This document shows, piece by piece, positions 1 to 8,915 of a DNA stretch of 38,790 nt. The position numbers and the translations under genes were made by a program. This DNA comes from a virus. How positions within the stretch are numbered: the stretch's first letter is position 1; every line of letters begins with the position of its first letter. The notes beneath the pieces were generated by a model, which was not told the origin of the DNA, did not search any database, and was given only the letters and a program-made list of their open reading frames with translations. The stretch lies in IMG/VR virus record IMGVR_UViG_3300009964_000017; one strand, 5' to 3'.

Positions 1-127
1 ATTCGTAGAATGGGTGCTATCCCAACGACCAAACACCCGCGTCGTCATAGCCTCATACCAGAAAGAAATCGCCACCGAATGGGCTGGCACCATCCGCGAC
101 GACATCCGCATGCACTCAGACAAACTC
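1..127. repeat. Terminal redundancy of the record: nt 1-127 are identical to nt 38664-38790, consistent with the assembly overlap of a circular or circularly permuted molecule
   Basis: Both ends were compared base by base: attcgtagaatgggtgctatcccaacg...catgcactcagacaaactc is present at both. The unique length is therefore 38663 bp. Confidence 0.9.
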
Positions 128-1261
128 AGAATCAAAGTACGCGGCGGCTCAGCAGCGAAACACTTCTGGAAACTCCAAGGACACGACGGGTACGTCTACG
201 CTACCGGTGTCGGCGGTTCTATGACCGGCAAACCCGCAGACCTCATGCTCATAGACGACCCCGTGCGCGGGCTAAAAGACGCCGAATCCCCCGCCAAACA
301 GGCAGAAGCATGGAAATGGTGGACAGGCACCGTATCCGCTCGCCTAGCACCCGGTGCCCCAGTAATCCTGATCCTAACCCGCTGGCACGACGCAGACCTA
401 GCCGGGCAGCTCATGGAAAAACTACCCGGCGAATGGGAATTCCTCAGAATCCCAGCACAAGCAGACCACAAACCAGAACTAGGAGAAACCGACCCGCTAG
501 GCAGACAACCCGGCGAATTCATGGTCTCAGCACGCGGACGCTCACAAAAAAACTGGGAAAAACGCAAAAGAGAAGCAGGCCCCAAAGCATGGGCAGCCCT
601 CTACCAAGGCGTACCATCCCCAGACGAAGGAGGAATCTTCCCACCCAAATGGGCAGAATACCAGCAGCCACTATGGGTAAAACAACCCAACGGCACACAC
701 CTCATAACCAACCTCACAGAAGACAGTGAACTAGCCCAATCCTGGGACATGACCTTCAAAGCAACCGACAGCAGCGACTACGTTGTCGGGCAAGTATGGT
801 TACGAACCGGCGCGAAATGCTACCTCCTCGACCAAATACGAGAACGCATGAACTTCACAGACACTGTTGAAGCAGTCCGCACAATGACAGCGAAATGGCC
901 GCAAACCGGGGCGAAATTCGTAGAAGATAAAGCCAACGGGACAGCAGTCATCAACACGCTACAAACCGAAATACCCGGAATAATCCCCGTCACACCAGAC
1001 GGCGGGAAAGTAGTAAGAGCAAACGCGGTAGCACCAGCAGCATGGTCTGGAAACATCGTCCTCCCATCACCCACACTACTACCCAATATTGGTGAACTCT
1101 TAGAAGAAGCGAAACTATTCCCCGCATCCTCACACGACGACACCATAGACGCCCTAACACAAGCCGTAAACCAGCTCCTACTAAACCCAATAATGCAGCA
1201 GCAGACTTACGATGCCGAAGAATGGGTAAACGACGGGTACCAGATCGGATACACCTACTAG
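2..1261 (+). CDS. terL: Terminase large subunit, 3' part (about 420 codons). The 5' part is 38440-38790 and the record is cut inside the gene.
   Basis: The reading frame is continuous with 38440-38790 through the 127-nt overlap. The C-terminal nuclease-type motif SSHDDTIDALTQA is present, and the gene sits after terS and before the portal gene. The track ORF 14..1261 is the same frame. Confidence 0.9.
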   Translation, partial: FVEWVLSQRPNTRVVIASYQKEIATEWAGTIRDDIRMHSDKLRIKVRGGSAAKHFWKLQGHDGYVYATGVGGSMTGKPADLMLIDDPVRGLKDAESPAKQAEAWKWWTGTVSARLAPGAPVILILTRWHDADLAGQLMEKLPGEWEFLRIPAQADHKPELGETDPLGRQPGEFMVSARGRSQKNWEKRKREAGPKAWAALYQGVPSPDEGGIFPPKWAEYQQPLWVKQPNGTHLITNLTEDSELAQSWDMTFKATDSSDYVVGQVWLRTGAKCYLLDQIRERMNFTDTVEAVRTMTAKWPQTGAKFVEDKANGTAVINTLQTEIPGIIPVTPDGGKVVRANAVAPAAWSGNIVLPSPTLLPNIGELLEEAKLFPASSHDDTIDALTQAVNQLLLNPIMQQQTYDAEEWVNDGYQIGYTY

Positions 1262-1274
1262 AAACTAAAACAGA

Positions 1275-2837
1275 ATGGTGGTGAAACACATTTTGGGAAT
1301 ACGCGACATCATCAGCGAAGCACGCGACCGGGCAGCAACCATGCTCAACCCGCAAGCAAACGCTGAAATCCGTGCACTAAAAGCAGGCACCGCCAGGCTC
1401 CAAGAATCGTTCGCAGACCTAGAACGCCGCGCACGAGAAGACCAAACATGGCGCACCCTAACCTCAAACCAGCGAAGCGAATTCAGCCTAGACGGCGTGA
1501 AACGCAACGCAGACATATGCCGCCTGCTCTCCGTCGCTGACCCTCTCGCAAAACGTGGCCTAGCAGTCCGTGCAGGGTACGTCTTCGGGCAGGGCATGGG
1601 CATCACTGCCAAAGCTGGGAAGGAGGCTACACAAGACATCAACGAGGTTGTGCAACGGTTCTGGGACGACCCAAAGAACCGTGCCTCCTTCACCGGGCAT
1701 CAGGCGCAGCACAGGCTAGAGCACGCGCAATCCACTGACGGTAACATCCTGTTCGCGCTCTTCACCGAACCAAGGACAGGGCGAGTTATCGTCCGCACAA
1801 TCCCTCTCAACGAGATTACAGACGTCATCACCAACCCCGAAGACAGTCAAGACGTGTGGTTTTACAAGCGCACCTGGACTGACAGGGGCATTATCAACGG
1901 TGCTGTCGTGTCAACCCGCAAAGAGGCGCTGTACCCGGCTCTGGGGCACCGCCCAAAGGTGAAGCAAGGCAGCATCGGCGGTGTGTCAGTTGAATGGTTC
2001 GCACCCATCTACCACCAGGCAGCAGGGAACCCAGACGGCTGGCGTTGGGGGGTGCCAGACCTGTACGCTGCTGTGCCGTGGGTGCGCGCCTACAAAACCT
2101 ATTTGGAAGACTGGGCAAGGCTCATGCGTGCACTAGCTCGCATTTCGCACCGTGTCACCGGCAAAAACAATAAGGCCGTCATGGAGGCACGCGCCGCACT
2201 ACAGGCTGCATCCCTATCACCAACACCAGGTGTCATAGGAACCACCGACGCGACCGTGGAAGCAATGCCTAAAACCGGTGCCACCATCGACGCCGAATCA
2301 GGCAAACCCCTAGCCGCAATGATCGCCGCAGGAATCGGCATCCCCGTAACCATGCTCCTAGCAGATCCGGGGCAGACCGGGGCGCGCGCCGTCGCAGAAA
2401 CCTTAGACAGGCCAATGGAACTAGAAATGATGGGGCGACGCGAACTATGGACGGAAACCTACCGGGCAATCCTAAACCACGTCATCGACGCGGCAGTACT
2501 CGCACCACAAGGCCCACTCAAAGGGATGCTAACAACCGCCTACGACGGGCAGCAAACCATTGAGCTGGCAGGCGACACGCCACGCACACTAGTTTTCCAC
2601 TGGGACGACCTCACCAAAACCAGCACCAAAGAGCTGTTAGAGTCAATCGAAACCGCTAACAGTATGGGAGTAATCCCATACGAGCAAATAGCTCTACTAA
2701 CTCTACGGGCGCTCGGTGTGCGAGACCCAGACGAAATAATCGACAGCATGCGAGACGACACCGGAGCATTCATCCCCGCTAACGCCTCGCTCGGTGAAGC
2801 GCTCATAAACGCAGCCTACAGAGGCGGTAACCCATGA
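1275..2837 (+). CDS. Portal protein
   Basis: A 520-aa ORF lies immediately after terL and is followed by a MuF-like gene that overlaps it by ATGA. Size and position are typical of a portal. The exact start is uncertain because the RBS is weak. Confidence 0.8.
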   Translation: MVVKHILGIRDIISEARDRAATMLNPQANAEIRALKAGTARLQESFADLERRAREDQTWRTLTSNQRSEFSLDGVKRNADICRLLSVADPLAKRGLAVRAGYVFGQGMGITAKAGKEATQDINEVVQRFWDDPKNRASFTGHQAQHRLEHAQSTDGNILFALFTEPRTGRVIVRTIPLNEITDVITNPEDSQDVWFYKRTWTDRGIINGAVVSTRKEALYPALGHRPKVKQGSIGGVSVEWFAPIYHQAAGNPDGWRWGVPDLYAAVPWVRAYKTYLEDWARLMRALARISHRVTGKNNKAVMEARAALQAASLSPTPGVIGTTDATVEAMPKTGATIDAESGKPLAAMIAAGIGIPVTMLLADPGQTGARAVAETLDRPMELEMMGRRELWTETYRAILNHVIDAAVLAPQGPLKGMLTTAYDGQQTIELAGDTPRTLVFHWDDLTKTSTKELLESIETANSMGVIPYEQIALLTLRALGVRDPDEIIDSMRDDTGAFIPANASLGEALINAAYRGGNP

Positions 2838-3922
2838 CCGTAACCAACAATGTTGCAGCCCTGGCACGTGAACTCAGAAGAGTCACAGACAACATGCTAA
2901 ACCTCCCAGAGGTAGAACTAGCCAGGTCATGGGTAAACGCCTGGGATGCCGTCGAGCAAGACATCACAGGCGCGTTAGAAGAACTAGCTGCAGCAGCAGA
3001 CGGGAAACGTGTGCCAGCCTGGAAAATCGGGCAAAACCAGCGGATCGTCAACGCGTTAGAGACACTCAGCGAAGGGATGCAAGAAGCCTTAGGGGAATTC
3101 GCCTCCACCATCCAAGACGTCACACTACCCAACCTCCTAGAACAGGTAGACGAAATGCAAAAAAGGATGGCACGGGCGCAACTCCCGTTAGGTGCAGCAC
3201 TCGGGTACACGTTCACCCAAGCAGACAAAACAGCTGTAACAGCTATCGTCCGCCGTGTCACCGAACAAATAGTATCCCCACTACTGGAACTACCCGCAAT
3301 GGTAGACCAGGCTATGCGACGTGAACTCGTGCGCGGTGTCATCCTCGGCGAAAATCCAAACAAGGTAGCAGCCCGCATCATCCAAGCAACAAAAGACCAG
3401 TTCACCGGTGGGTACAACCGGGCAACCGTGATAACCAGAACAGAAATGCACGACGCGCAACGCTCTGCAGCCCAAGCATTCGAGGAAGCAAACAGCGACA
3501 TCATATCCGGGTGGGTATGGGTAGCCGCACTCGATAAACGCACCTGCAGATCATGCATCGCAATGCACGGGACAGTACATAAGCCCAGCGAGCAGCTGAT
3601 AGACCACCACCGTGGCCGGTGTGTCCGTGCCCCACTCGTGCGACCACTCAAAGAGCTAGGCATGCGCGGCAGTGTAGACGACACACCAATGCAGACCGGT
3701 GAGGAATGGTTCAACACCCTACCAGAGGATGAAAAACTCAAAACCCTCTCAGGTGGCGCAAAGAACTCTGCATCTGCTCGGAGTGTACTCACTGCTCTAG
3801 AAAATGGTGACCTCAAGTTCAGTGACCTATCCTCACTCAAAACACATGAAGGATGGAGGAAAGCGCGACACGCGACCACATTCAAAGAGCTAGAAAAGAA
3901 AGCAGCAAGAAATGCTTCTTAA
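2834..3922 (+). CDS. MuF-like / SPP1 gp7-like minor head (head morphogenesis) protein
   Basis: The motif block ITRTEMHDAQRSA...WVAALDKRTCRSCIAMHGTVH...HHRGRCVRAP is typical of the Phage_Mu_F family. The start overlaps the portal stop (ATGA). Confidence 0.85.
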   Translation: MTVTNNVAALARELRRVTDNMLNLPEVELARSWVNAWDAVEQDITGALEELAAAADGKRVPAWKIGQNQRIVNALETLSEGMQEALGEFASTIQDVTLPNLLEQVDEMQKRMARAQLPLGAALGYTFTQADKTAVTAIVRRVTEQIVSPLLELPAMVDQAMRRELVRGVILGENPNKVAARIIQATKDQFTGGYNRATVITRTEMHDAQRSAAQAFEEANSDIISGWVWVAALDKRTCRSCIAMHGTVHKPSEQLIDHHRGRCVRAPLVRPLKELGMRGSVDDTPMQTGEEWFNTLPEDEKLKTLSGGAKNSASARSVLTALENGDLKFSDLSSLKTHEGWRKARHATTFKELEKKAARNAS

Positions 3923-4877
3923 AGAATCATTCGAGACCATAACTGATTTGACTGGGCGGCGACTCAAAATCACTGTGATTACCCCCGGCCAAGGGTCAAG
4001 CGGTTTCTACCCTGCTGAGGTTATCGCCCAGGCGGTGAACCTGATCGGGCAGCCAGGCAACCCAACACCCATGTACATCAACCACGCTACCGACGCTGAG
4101 CGCTGGGAACGCCCAGAAGGCGACCTAGAAGCCCTCGCAGGGGTTATCAGTAGTCCTCCAACCGTAAACCCGGTGACAGGCGCGCTAGAAGCCGAAGCTA
4201 AGGTATTCGAGTCACACCGCCAATTCATCCTAGACCGCAAAGACATCATCGGTGTCTCAATCAACGGTTCAGCAGTAAAAGACGGTGACACCGTAAAAGA
4301 AATAACCCGTATCGATTCCGTAGACTTCGTAACCAAAGCAGGGCGAGGCGGAAAAATTGATGCGGTACTAGAATCAGCCACCCACCAAAAGGAAGAGAGC
4401 AAAAACATGGCAGACACTAACCAGCCTGTCGAAGACCTCAACGAGATTGAAGAGCGAGAGGTCGAAGCCTGCGCCGAAGCCGACAGCACTAAACAGAAAC
4501 CAGCTGCAGCGGCACCTGACAAGTTGACCGCACCCACTTCAGCTGAGGCTAAAGATGCTGAGATTGAGCGGCTCAAGAAAGAAATTGAGGCACTCAAAGC
4601 AGAACTAGAGAAGACCCAAGAGTCAGCTAAACGCGCGCAGGTAGAAGCCGCTGTCGAGGCAGCCTTCACCGGTATTGACGCGCCGCGTGCGAAAGCCCGC
4701 CTCATCGAGGCAGGTATGCGCACCGACCTGTCCGTATTTGAGTCCGAGCTAACCGAATCCGTCAAAGAATTTACCCCCGTGTCCCCAGTTAAAGACATGG
4801 GAGGTGACCGGCTCGCAGAAGCAGCCGCACCCACATACACCCCGACCGATGTCCTGAAAGAACTCCGAGGAGCATAA
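3912..4877 (+). CDS. Scaffolding protein
   Basis: The gene lies between the MuF-like and capsid genes. Its C-terminal half is acidic, Ala/Glu/Lys-rich and coiled-coil-like (EIERLKKEIEALKAELEKTQESAKRAQVEAAVEAA). Confidence 0.6.
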   Translation: MLLKESFETITDLTGRRLKITVITPGQGSSGFYPAEVIAQAVNLIGQPGNPTPMYINHATDAERWERPEGDLEALAGVISSPPTVNPVTGALEAEAKVFESHRQFILDRKDIIGVSINGSAVKDGDTVKEITRIDSVDFVTKAGRGGKIDAVLESATHQKEESKNMADTNQPVEDLNEIEEREVEACAEADSTKQKPAAAAPDKLTAPTSAEAKDAEIERLKKEIEALKAELEKTQESAKRAQVEAAVEAAFTGIDAPRAKARLIEAGMRTDLSVFESELTESVKEFTPVSPVKDMGGDRLAEAAAPTYTPTDVLKELRGA

Positions 4878-4879
4878 AC

Positions 4880-5212
4880 ATGGCTAAGAACCTGGCATAC
4901 CCAAACGCAGACCACATCGCACTCACCGCAGATAAGGAATACAAGTCCGGTGCACCCGTCCGCATCGGCTCAATCTGTGGTGTGGCAGTCACCGACGGCA
5001 AACAAGGCAAACGTTTCACCGTCCACCGTAACGGATCATGGCGTATCCCCGTCATCGAAAAGGTAGAGCAGGGCGAACCCGTCTACATCACCACCGACGG
5101 CAAACTCACCAAAACCAAGGGCACTAACAAACTCTTCGGTGTGTGCCTGCTCGGAAACACCGCAGCAAACGGTGACGCAGAAGTCCACCCCGCAGAAATC
5201 GCACTCGACTAA
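4880..5212 (+). CDS. DUF2190-like small head protein (possible decoration or cement protein)
   Basis: A 110-aa protein lies directly upstream of the major capsid gene. It shows the pattern G.P.....I.GVA..DG..G....V...G.W...V....G.PVY typical of DUF2190 proteins. Confidence 0.5.
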   Translation: MAKNLAYPNADHIALTADKEYKSGAPVRIGSICGVAVTDGKQGKRFTVHRNGSWRIPVIEKVEQGEPVYITTDGKLTKTKGTNKLFGVCLLGNTAANGDAEVHPAEIALD

Positions 5213-5234
5213 GACAAGGAGCAAATAAGAAACT

Positions 5235-6302
5235 ATGGCAACCATGTTTATGGATACTGAACATCTCGCAGACAACGGTGTAAACGCCCGTGTCGTCGAG
5301 GCAGCCCGCACCTTCCGCAAGGGCATGACCGGAAGCTACTCGGATCAGGCGCGCCTACAAGAGGCGCTCTCCACCTCTGATTTCCCTGCTCTGCTCGGAC
5401 AGGCACTCGAATTCGAGGTACTCGACCTCTTCCGCTCCTACACGAAGGCTTGGGAAGGCGTCGCAGACACCACCACCGTATCTGATTTTCGCCCCAAATC
5501 GTTGCGCGGCCTCTACGGCGCAATCGACTACCTGCCCATCAACGAGGCAGAAGAGTACAAGGCCGCATCACTGGCTGAGACCGAACACAAAATCAACGTG
5601 GAAACCTACGGTCGCCTGTTCAAGTTCACCCGTCAAATGAAGATTAACAAGGACTGGGACATCCTCGCACGCATCCCTGAGCGTCTCGCTAAGGGCGCGG
5701 CCATGAAGGAAGACCAGGCAGTGTTCGGTGCGCTAACCGGTGCAAACGGTGTAAACCGTGAGTTCTTCAAGGACGCTTACGCACCCGACAACAAGCCGTT
5801 GACCGCTGAAAACCTCATGGCAGCATACACGACCCTTGCTCAGCGTAAGGGTCTGGATGATGGGGTTGCGGACATTAGCAAGCTCGTGCTTGTCGTCCCG
5901 CGCGCCCTAGAAATGGCTGCACGCCGCATCCTCGAAGCAGAATACATTGACGTTACCGAGGGCAAGGTAAAGACCCGTGAGACTAACATTCTCAAGGGTC
6001 TGTTCACCTTGAAGGTTGTGGATATTCTGACTCGCCTCGACAAGTCAGCTACCGCTAACACCACCTGGTACATTCTGCCTGCTGCAGGCTCCGCGAACCC
6101 CGCACTTATCAAGGCATCCTTGCAGGGTTATGAGCAGCCTGACCTGCGTGTCGAATCAGCTGCTGGCCGTTCCATCAGCGGCGCAGACGTCGCACCTGAG
6201 GAAGGCAGCTTCCTTGACGACACGATCAGCTACCGTGGCCGCCACGAAGTAGGCGCAGCAACCCTGTTCCCGTTCGCAGCCTACGCATCCACCGGAGCAT
6301 AA
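5235..6302 (+). CDS. Major capsid protein
   Basis: A 355-aa ORF with a good RBS (aaggag) follows the scaffold and decoration genes and precedes the connector genes. Assignment rests on size and position. Confidence 0.8.
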   Translation: MATMFMDTEHLADNGVNARVVEAARTFRKGMTGSYSDQARLQEALSTSDFPALLGQALEFEVLDLFRSYTKAWEGVADTTTVSDFRPKSLRGLYGAIDYLPINEAEEYKAASLAETEHKINVETYGRLFKFTRQMKINKDWDILARIPERLAKGAAMKEDQAVFGALTGANGVNREFFKDAYAPDNKPLTAENLMAAYTTLAQRKGLDDGVADISKLVLVVPRALEMAARRILEAEYIDVTEGKVKTRETNILKGLFTLKVVDILTRLDKSATANTTWYILPAAGSANPALIKASLQGYEQPDLRVESAAGRSISGADVAPEEGSFLDDTISYRGRHEVGAATLFPFAAYASTGA

Positions 6303-6344
6303 AAGACCAGGTAACCCAGCCGCTGTTTTAGAAAGGGATTCACG

Positions 6345-6785
6345 TTGAGTACACAAGAAATTATTTACCAGATTCGCTTGCTCATTAACGACCTGCCACC
6401 TAAAACAGCGGCAGGGGAACCGTCACCTCTCAACCCCACTGAGAGCTGCATCTTCTCCGACCGAGACCTAGAGGTACTCTACAACCTCGAAGCCTCCTAC
6501 ATTGAACGTGTGAAGGTGAAACGTGCCGCAGCACGCGCACTCCGCCGCATGGCAACCGACGAGGTTATCCTCTCCAAAAAGATAACCACTCAAGACCTCT
6601 CCGTAGACGGGCCAGCTGTTTCATCCGCGCTCCTAGAACAGGCAGACAAGCTAGACGCCGAAGCCGATAGAGACGCTGGCGAAGCAGCAGGTGTCGGGGC
6701 GTTCTGGCAGACACTAGACCAGCTAGACCACCATGCAGAAGGCGAAGAGCGAAGGAGCGAAAGTTTCTATGGCTCGATATGGTGA
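6345..6785 (+). CDS. Head-tail connector / adaptor protein (gp6-like)
   Basis: The TTG start is preceded by the RBS gaaaggga. This is the first gene after the capsid gene, and its N-terminus (EIIYQIRLLINDLPP) is typical of head-tail connector proteins. Confidence 0.5.
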   Translation: MSTQEIIYQIRLLINDLPPKTAAGEPSPLNPTESCIFSDRDLEVLYNLEASYIERVKVKRAAARALRRMATDEVILSKKITTQDLSVDGPAVSSALLEQADKLDAEADRDAGEAAGVGAFWQTLDQLDHHAEGEERRSESFYGSIW

Positions 6786-7206
6786 TAAACAGCGCATCAT
6801 CCCACCACATTGGGGGCAGCGACTTCAACCGCTCATTGAAACGGGAATGACAAGCGAATGCGAAATCATCGCACCAGGCAAACCGTCCAGGGACAACCCA
6901 CTATCTGGGGCTACCCCAACGGTCATGTACTCTGACATCCCGTGCCGTGTGCAGCAGCAGAACCGTTTCACAAACGGGGCAACCCCGACCGGGCAAGACT
7001 CCACACGCAGGGACTACCTGGTGCAGATTCCCGCCCGTATAGGGCAGCTGCACGAAGGCATGACCGGTTGGATAATCCGTGTCACCAAGACAGACGACGC
7101 GGGGATGCTGGGGCGGCAATTCAAAATCAAGCAGGAGCTGCACGGCTCCGAGATAGGGGCACGAGACCTCATATGTGAGGACTCACAGACCCAAAACGGG
7201 CGGTGA
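6769..7206 (+). CDS. Head closure / head-tail joining protein
   Basis: The track ORF 6733..7206 is trimmed to the ATG at 6769, which follows the RBS gaaggag and gives a 17-nt overlap with the upstream gene. The function is assigned from its position in the neck module. Confidence 0.5.
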   Translation: MARYGDKQRIIPPHWGQRLQPLIETGMTSECEIIAPGKPSRDNPLSGATPTVMYSDIPCRVQQQNRFTNGATPTGQDSTRRDYLVQIPARIGQLHEGMTGWIIRVTKTDDAGMLGRQFKIKQELHGSEIGARDLICEDSQTQNGR

Positions 7207-7210
7207 CAGC

Positions 7211-7546
7211 ATGGAAGCAGACATGAGTGAACTCCTCAACCTGAGCGTCTCCCTGGCTGCAGCATCTATCCCCGCTACCGACCGTGTGCTTGCTCGTGGT
7301 GCGGCACAGATAACGGCGACAGCGAAGCAGATAGCACCAGTAGACACCGGGTACATGCGATCCTCCATCACGCCCAAACGGGTAAACCATATGGAGCACG
7401 CGATCATCAGTCAAGCAAACTATAGCGGGTTTGTTGAGAACGGTACCGTGCATATGAGACCGCGTCCATTCATGCGGCCAGCGCTCGACAAGCACTTGCC
7501 GGGTATTGCAGACGCGTTAGCTGACGCGGCAGTAAGGATATTCTAG
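7211..7546 (+). CDS. HK97 gp10-family neck / tail-attachment protein
   Basis: The motif AKQIAPVDTGYMRSSI...ANYSGFVENGTVHMRPRPFMRPAL matches the HK97 gp10 family pattern. The start is trimmed to the ATG at 7211, just after the upstream stop. Confidence 0.65.
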   Translation: MEADMSELLNLSVSLAAASIPATDRVLARGAAQITATAKQIAPVDTGYMRSSITPKRVNHMEHAIISQANYSGFVENGTVHMRPRPFMRPALDKHLPGIADALADAAVRIF

Positions 7547-7971
7547 TGCGAATCATCAGTATTCGAGACCAAATCGTGGCAGCGTTAGAAGGAATCGAGA
7601 ACACAACCGTCTACGAGGGGCACATCCCCGATAAGGTGGCAACGTTCCTGGGTACAGACCTCATAAAACCCTATCTGCTTGTTTGGTTGGGTGCACCCAC
7701 AGGGCAGGACGAAACGCAGGAACCAATCTCTGGTGACGTCGATACTGATAGTGACACGCTCACAATAACAATCATCGCTGTAGGTGCTGATACGAACACG
7801 GTAACCCACCTGGTACACCATGTTCGACAAAAACTAGCTAAAACGCTCGTGAATGGGCACCCAATCAAACCTGACTGGGCGCAGCAGCAGTCACAGTACC
7901 CGCTCCTAGACGAGCAGACGACACCGCCCAGAACCTACGTCTCGTTGACGTGGACGCTCACTACACAATAA
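7546..7971 (+). CDS. Tail terminator / tail completion protein (DUF3168-like guess)
   Basis: A GTG start abuts the upstream stop. It is the last gene of the neck module, upstream of the major tail gene. Confidence 0.45.
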   Translation: MRIISIRDQIVAALEGIENTTVYEGHIPDKVATFLGTDLIKPYLLVWLGAPTGQDETQEPISGDVDTDSDTLTITIIAVGADTNTVTHLVHHVRQKLAKTLVNGHPIKPDWAQQQSQYPLLDEQTTPPRTYVSLTWTLTTQ

Positions 7972-8003
7972 CCAACGTGAGAATGAAGTAAAGAAGGCTC
8001 ATT

Positions 8004-8171
8004 ATGGAAAGTTTAACCGAGATGGTGTTCACCCCGACTGGACAGAAAGTCTGGGTGCCCTCCAACTATCCTGAGGTTTTCCCAGGAGCATACAAGCTGC
8101 CGCCGTCAGCAAGGGCAGCAGCAGAGAAACCAACCGAAACTATTTTCCCTACTAAGGAAGAAGGTAAATAA
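8004..8171 (+). CDS. Small hypothetical protein (55 aa), absent from the ORF track
   Basis: I translated it by hand: MESLTEMVFTPTGQKVWVPSNYPEVFPGAYKLPPSARAAAEKPTETIFPTKEEGK. The RBS gaagg lies 7 nt upstream, and the ORF exactly fills the gap before the major tail gene. Confidence 0.4.
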   Translation: MESLTEMVFTPTGQKVWVPSNYPEVFPGAYKLPPSARAAAEKPTETIFPTKEEGK

Positions 8172-8173
8172 TC

Positions 8174-8710
8174 ATGGCTGAAACCCCAGGACGCACCTAC
8201 GCGGGCGAAAAGCTCAAGGTATCGTTCGTGCCTGCCGGTGGTATCCGCGCCATTTCCGCACCCACCGTAACCGAGCTAAACGCTGAAACCGTTCTTGACC
8301 TGTCCTGCGCAGCAATCAAGGCGCAGTCCAAAATTGGTTCGACCGATTCTGAAACGATTGACGGTCAGGCCGCTATCTGCGAGGACACCAACGCGAAAGC
8401 ATGGGGGCAGGGCAACGCAGAAGTCACCTTGGCGCTATTCCGGTATTTCAAGGGTAACAAGGCTGACCCTGACCGTGACAAGATTTTCCAGGCGCTCAAG
8501 ACCAAGGGTGTGGAAGGTTTCATCGTTACCCGCCATGTCGATAAGCGCTTCGACGAAGCCTACGCATCTGGCGACGAAGTTTCCGTGTACGCAGTGTCGT
8601 TCGACCAGCCGCACCCGGTCAATGAAGCCGAAGACCGCACCAAGGGCTATATTCGCACGATCCATAACGCCCAGGTGACGAACTTCGCCGAATTCAAGTC
8701 TGTAGCCTAA
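8174..8710 (+). CDS. Major tail (tube) protein
   Basis: A 178-aa ORF with the RBS ggaagaagg lies upstream of the chaperone pair and tape measure. It is followed by strong hairpins, as is typical for a highly expressed tail tube gene. Confidence 0.7.
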   Translation: MAETPGRTYAGEKLKVSFVPAGGIRAISAPTVTELNAETVLDLSCAAIKAQSKIGSTDSETIDGQAAICEDTNAKAWGQGNAEVTLALFRYFKGNKADPDRDKIFQALKTKGVEGFIVTRHVDKRFDEAYASGDEVSVYAVSFDQPHPVNEAEDRTKGYIRTIHNAQVTNFAEFKSVA

Positions 8711-8796
8711 AAACCGAATTGTTGGCTGGTTTTTAGCGCTAACCACGGCGGCTGCTGCGTATGAGGGTGCGCTGTAGCCGCCGTTTCCTATAGATA

Positions 8797-8851
8797 GCCC
8801 CTCATTTTGTGTCTAGTTTTTGTGTGTGTTCCTAGACGCAAAATGAGGGGC
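8797..8851 (+). terminator. Long hairpin (20-bp stem, 15-nt loop) downstream of the major tail gene; attenuator or RNA-stabilising structure
   Basis: gcccctcattttgtgtctag (8797-8816) pairs with ctagacgcaaaatgaggggc (8832-8851) with a single G-U position. No U-tract follows. Confidence 0.45.
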
Positions 8852-8915
8852 ACACCCTTTACCCCCTCACAAAAGAACCCACAAGTGGACGCACACGAGA
8901 AAAGGCTTACATATT

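Noticed and set aside
10-729. A 239-aa + strand ORF overlapping terL in another frame.
   Set aside because: The sequence is extremely Arg/Pro/Thr-rich and low in complexity, which is typical of an off-frame read of a GC-rich gene. The terL frame has clear terminase motifs and continuity across the circular junction.
2803-3885. A 360-aa ORF on the - strand, antisense to the MuF-like gene.
   Set aside because: It is fully embedded opposite a gene with strong family motifs. It has Ser/Arg/Cys-rich composition and no RBS. Long antisense ORFs are expected in GC-rich coding DNA.
4007-4915. A 302-aa ORF on the - strand, antisense to the scaffold gene.
   Set aside because: Same reasoning as above. 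It mirrors the Ala/Glu-rich scaffold gene, giving Ser/Ala-rich low complexity, and lies against the uniform + strand operon direction.
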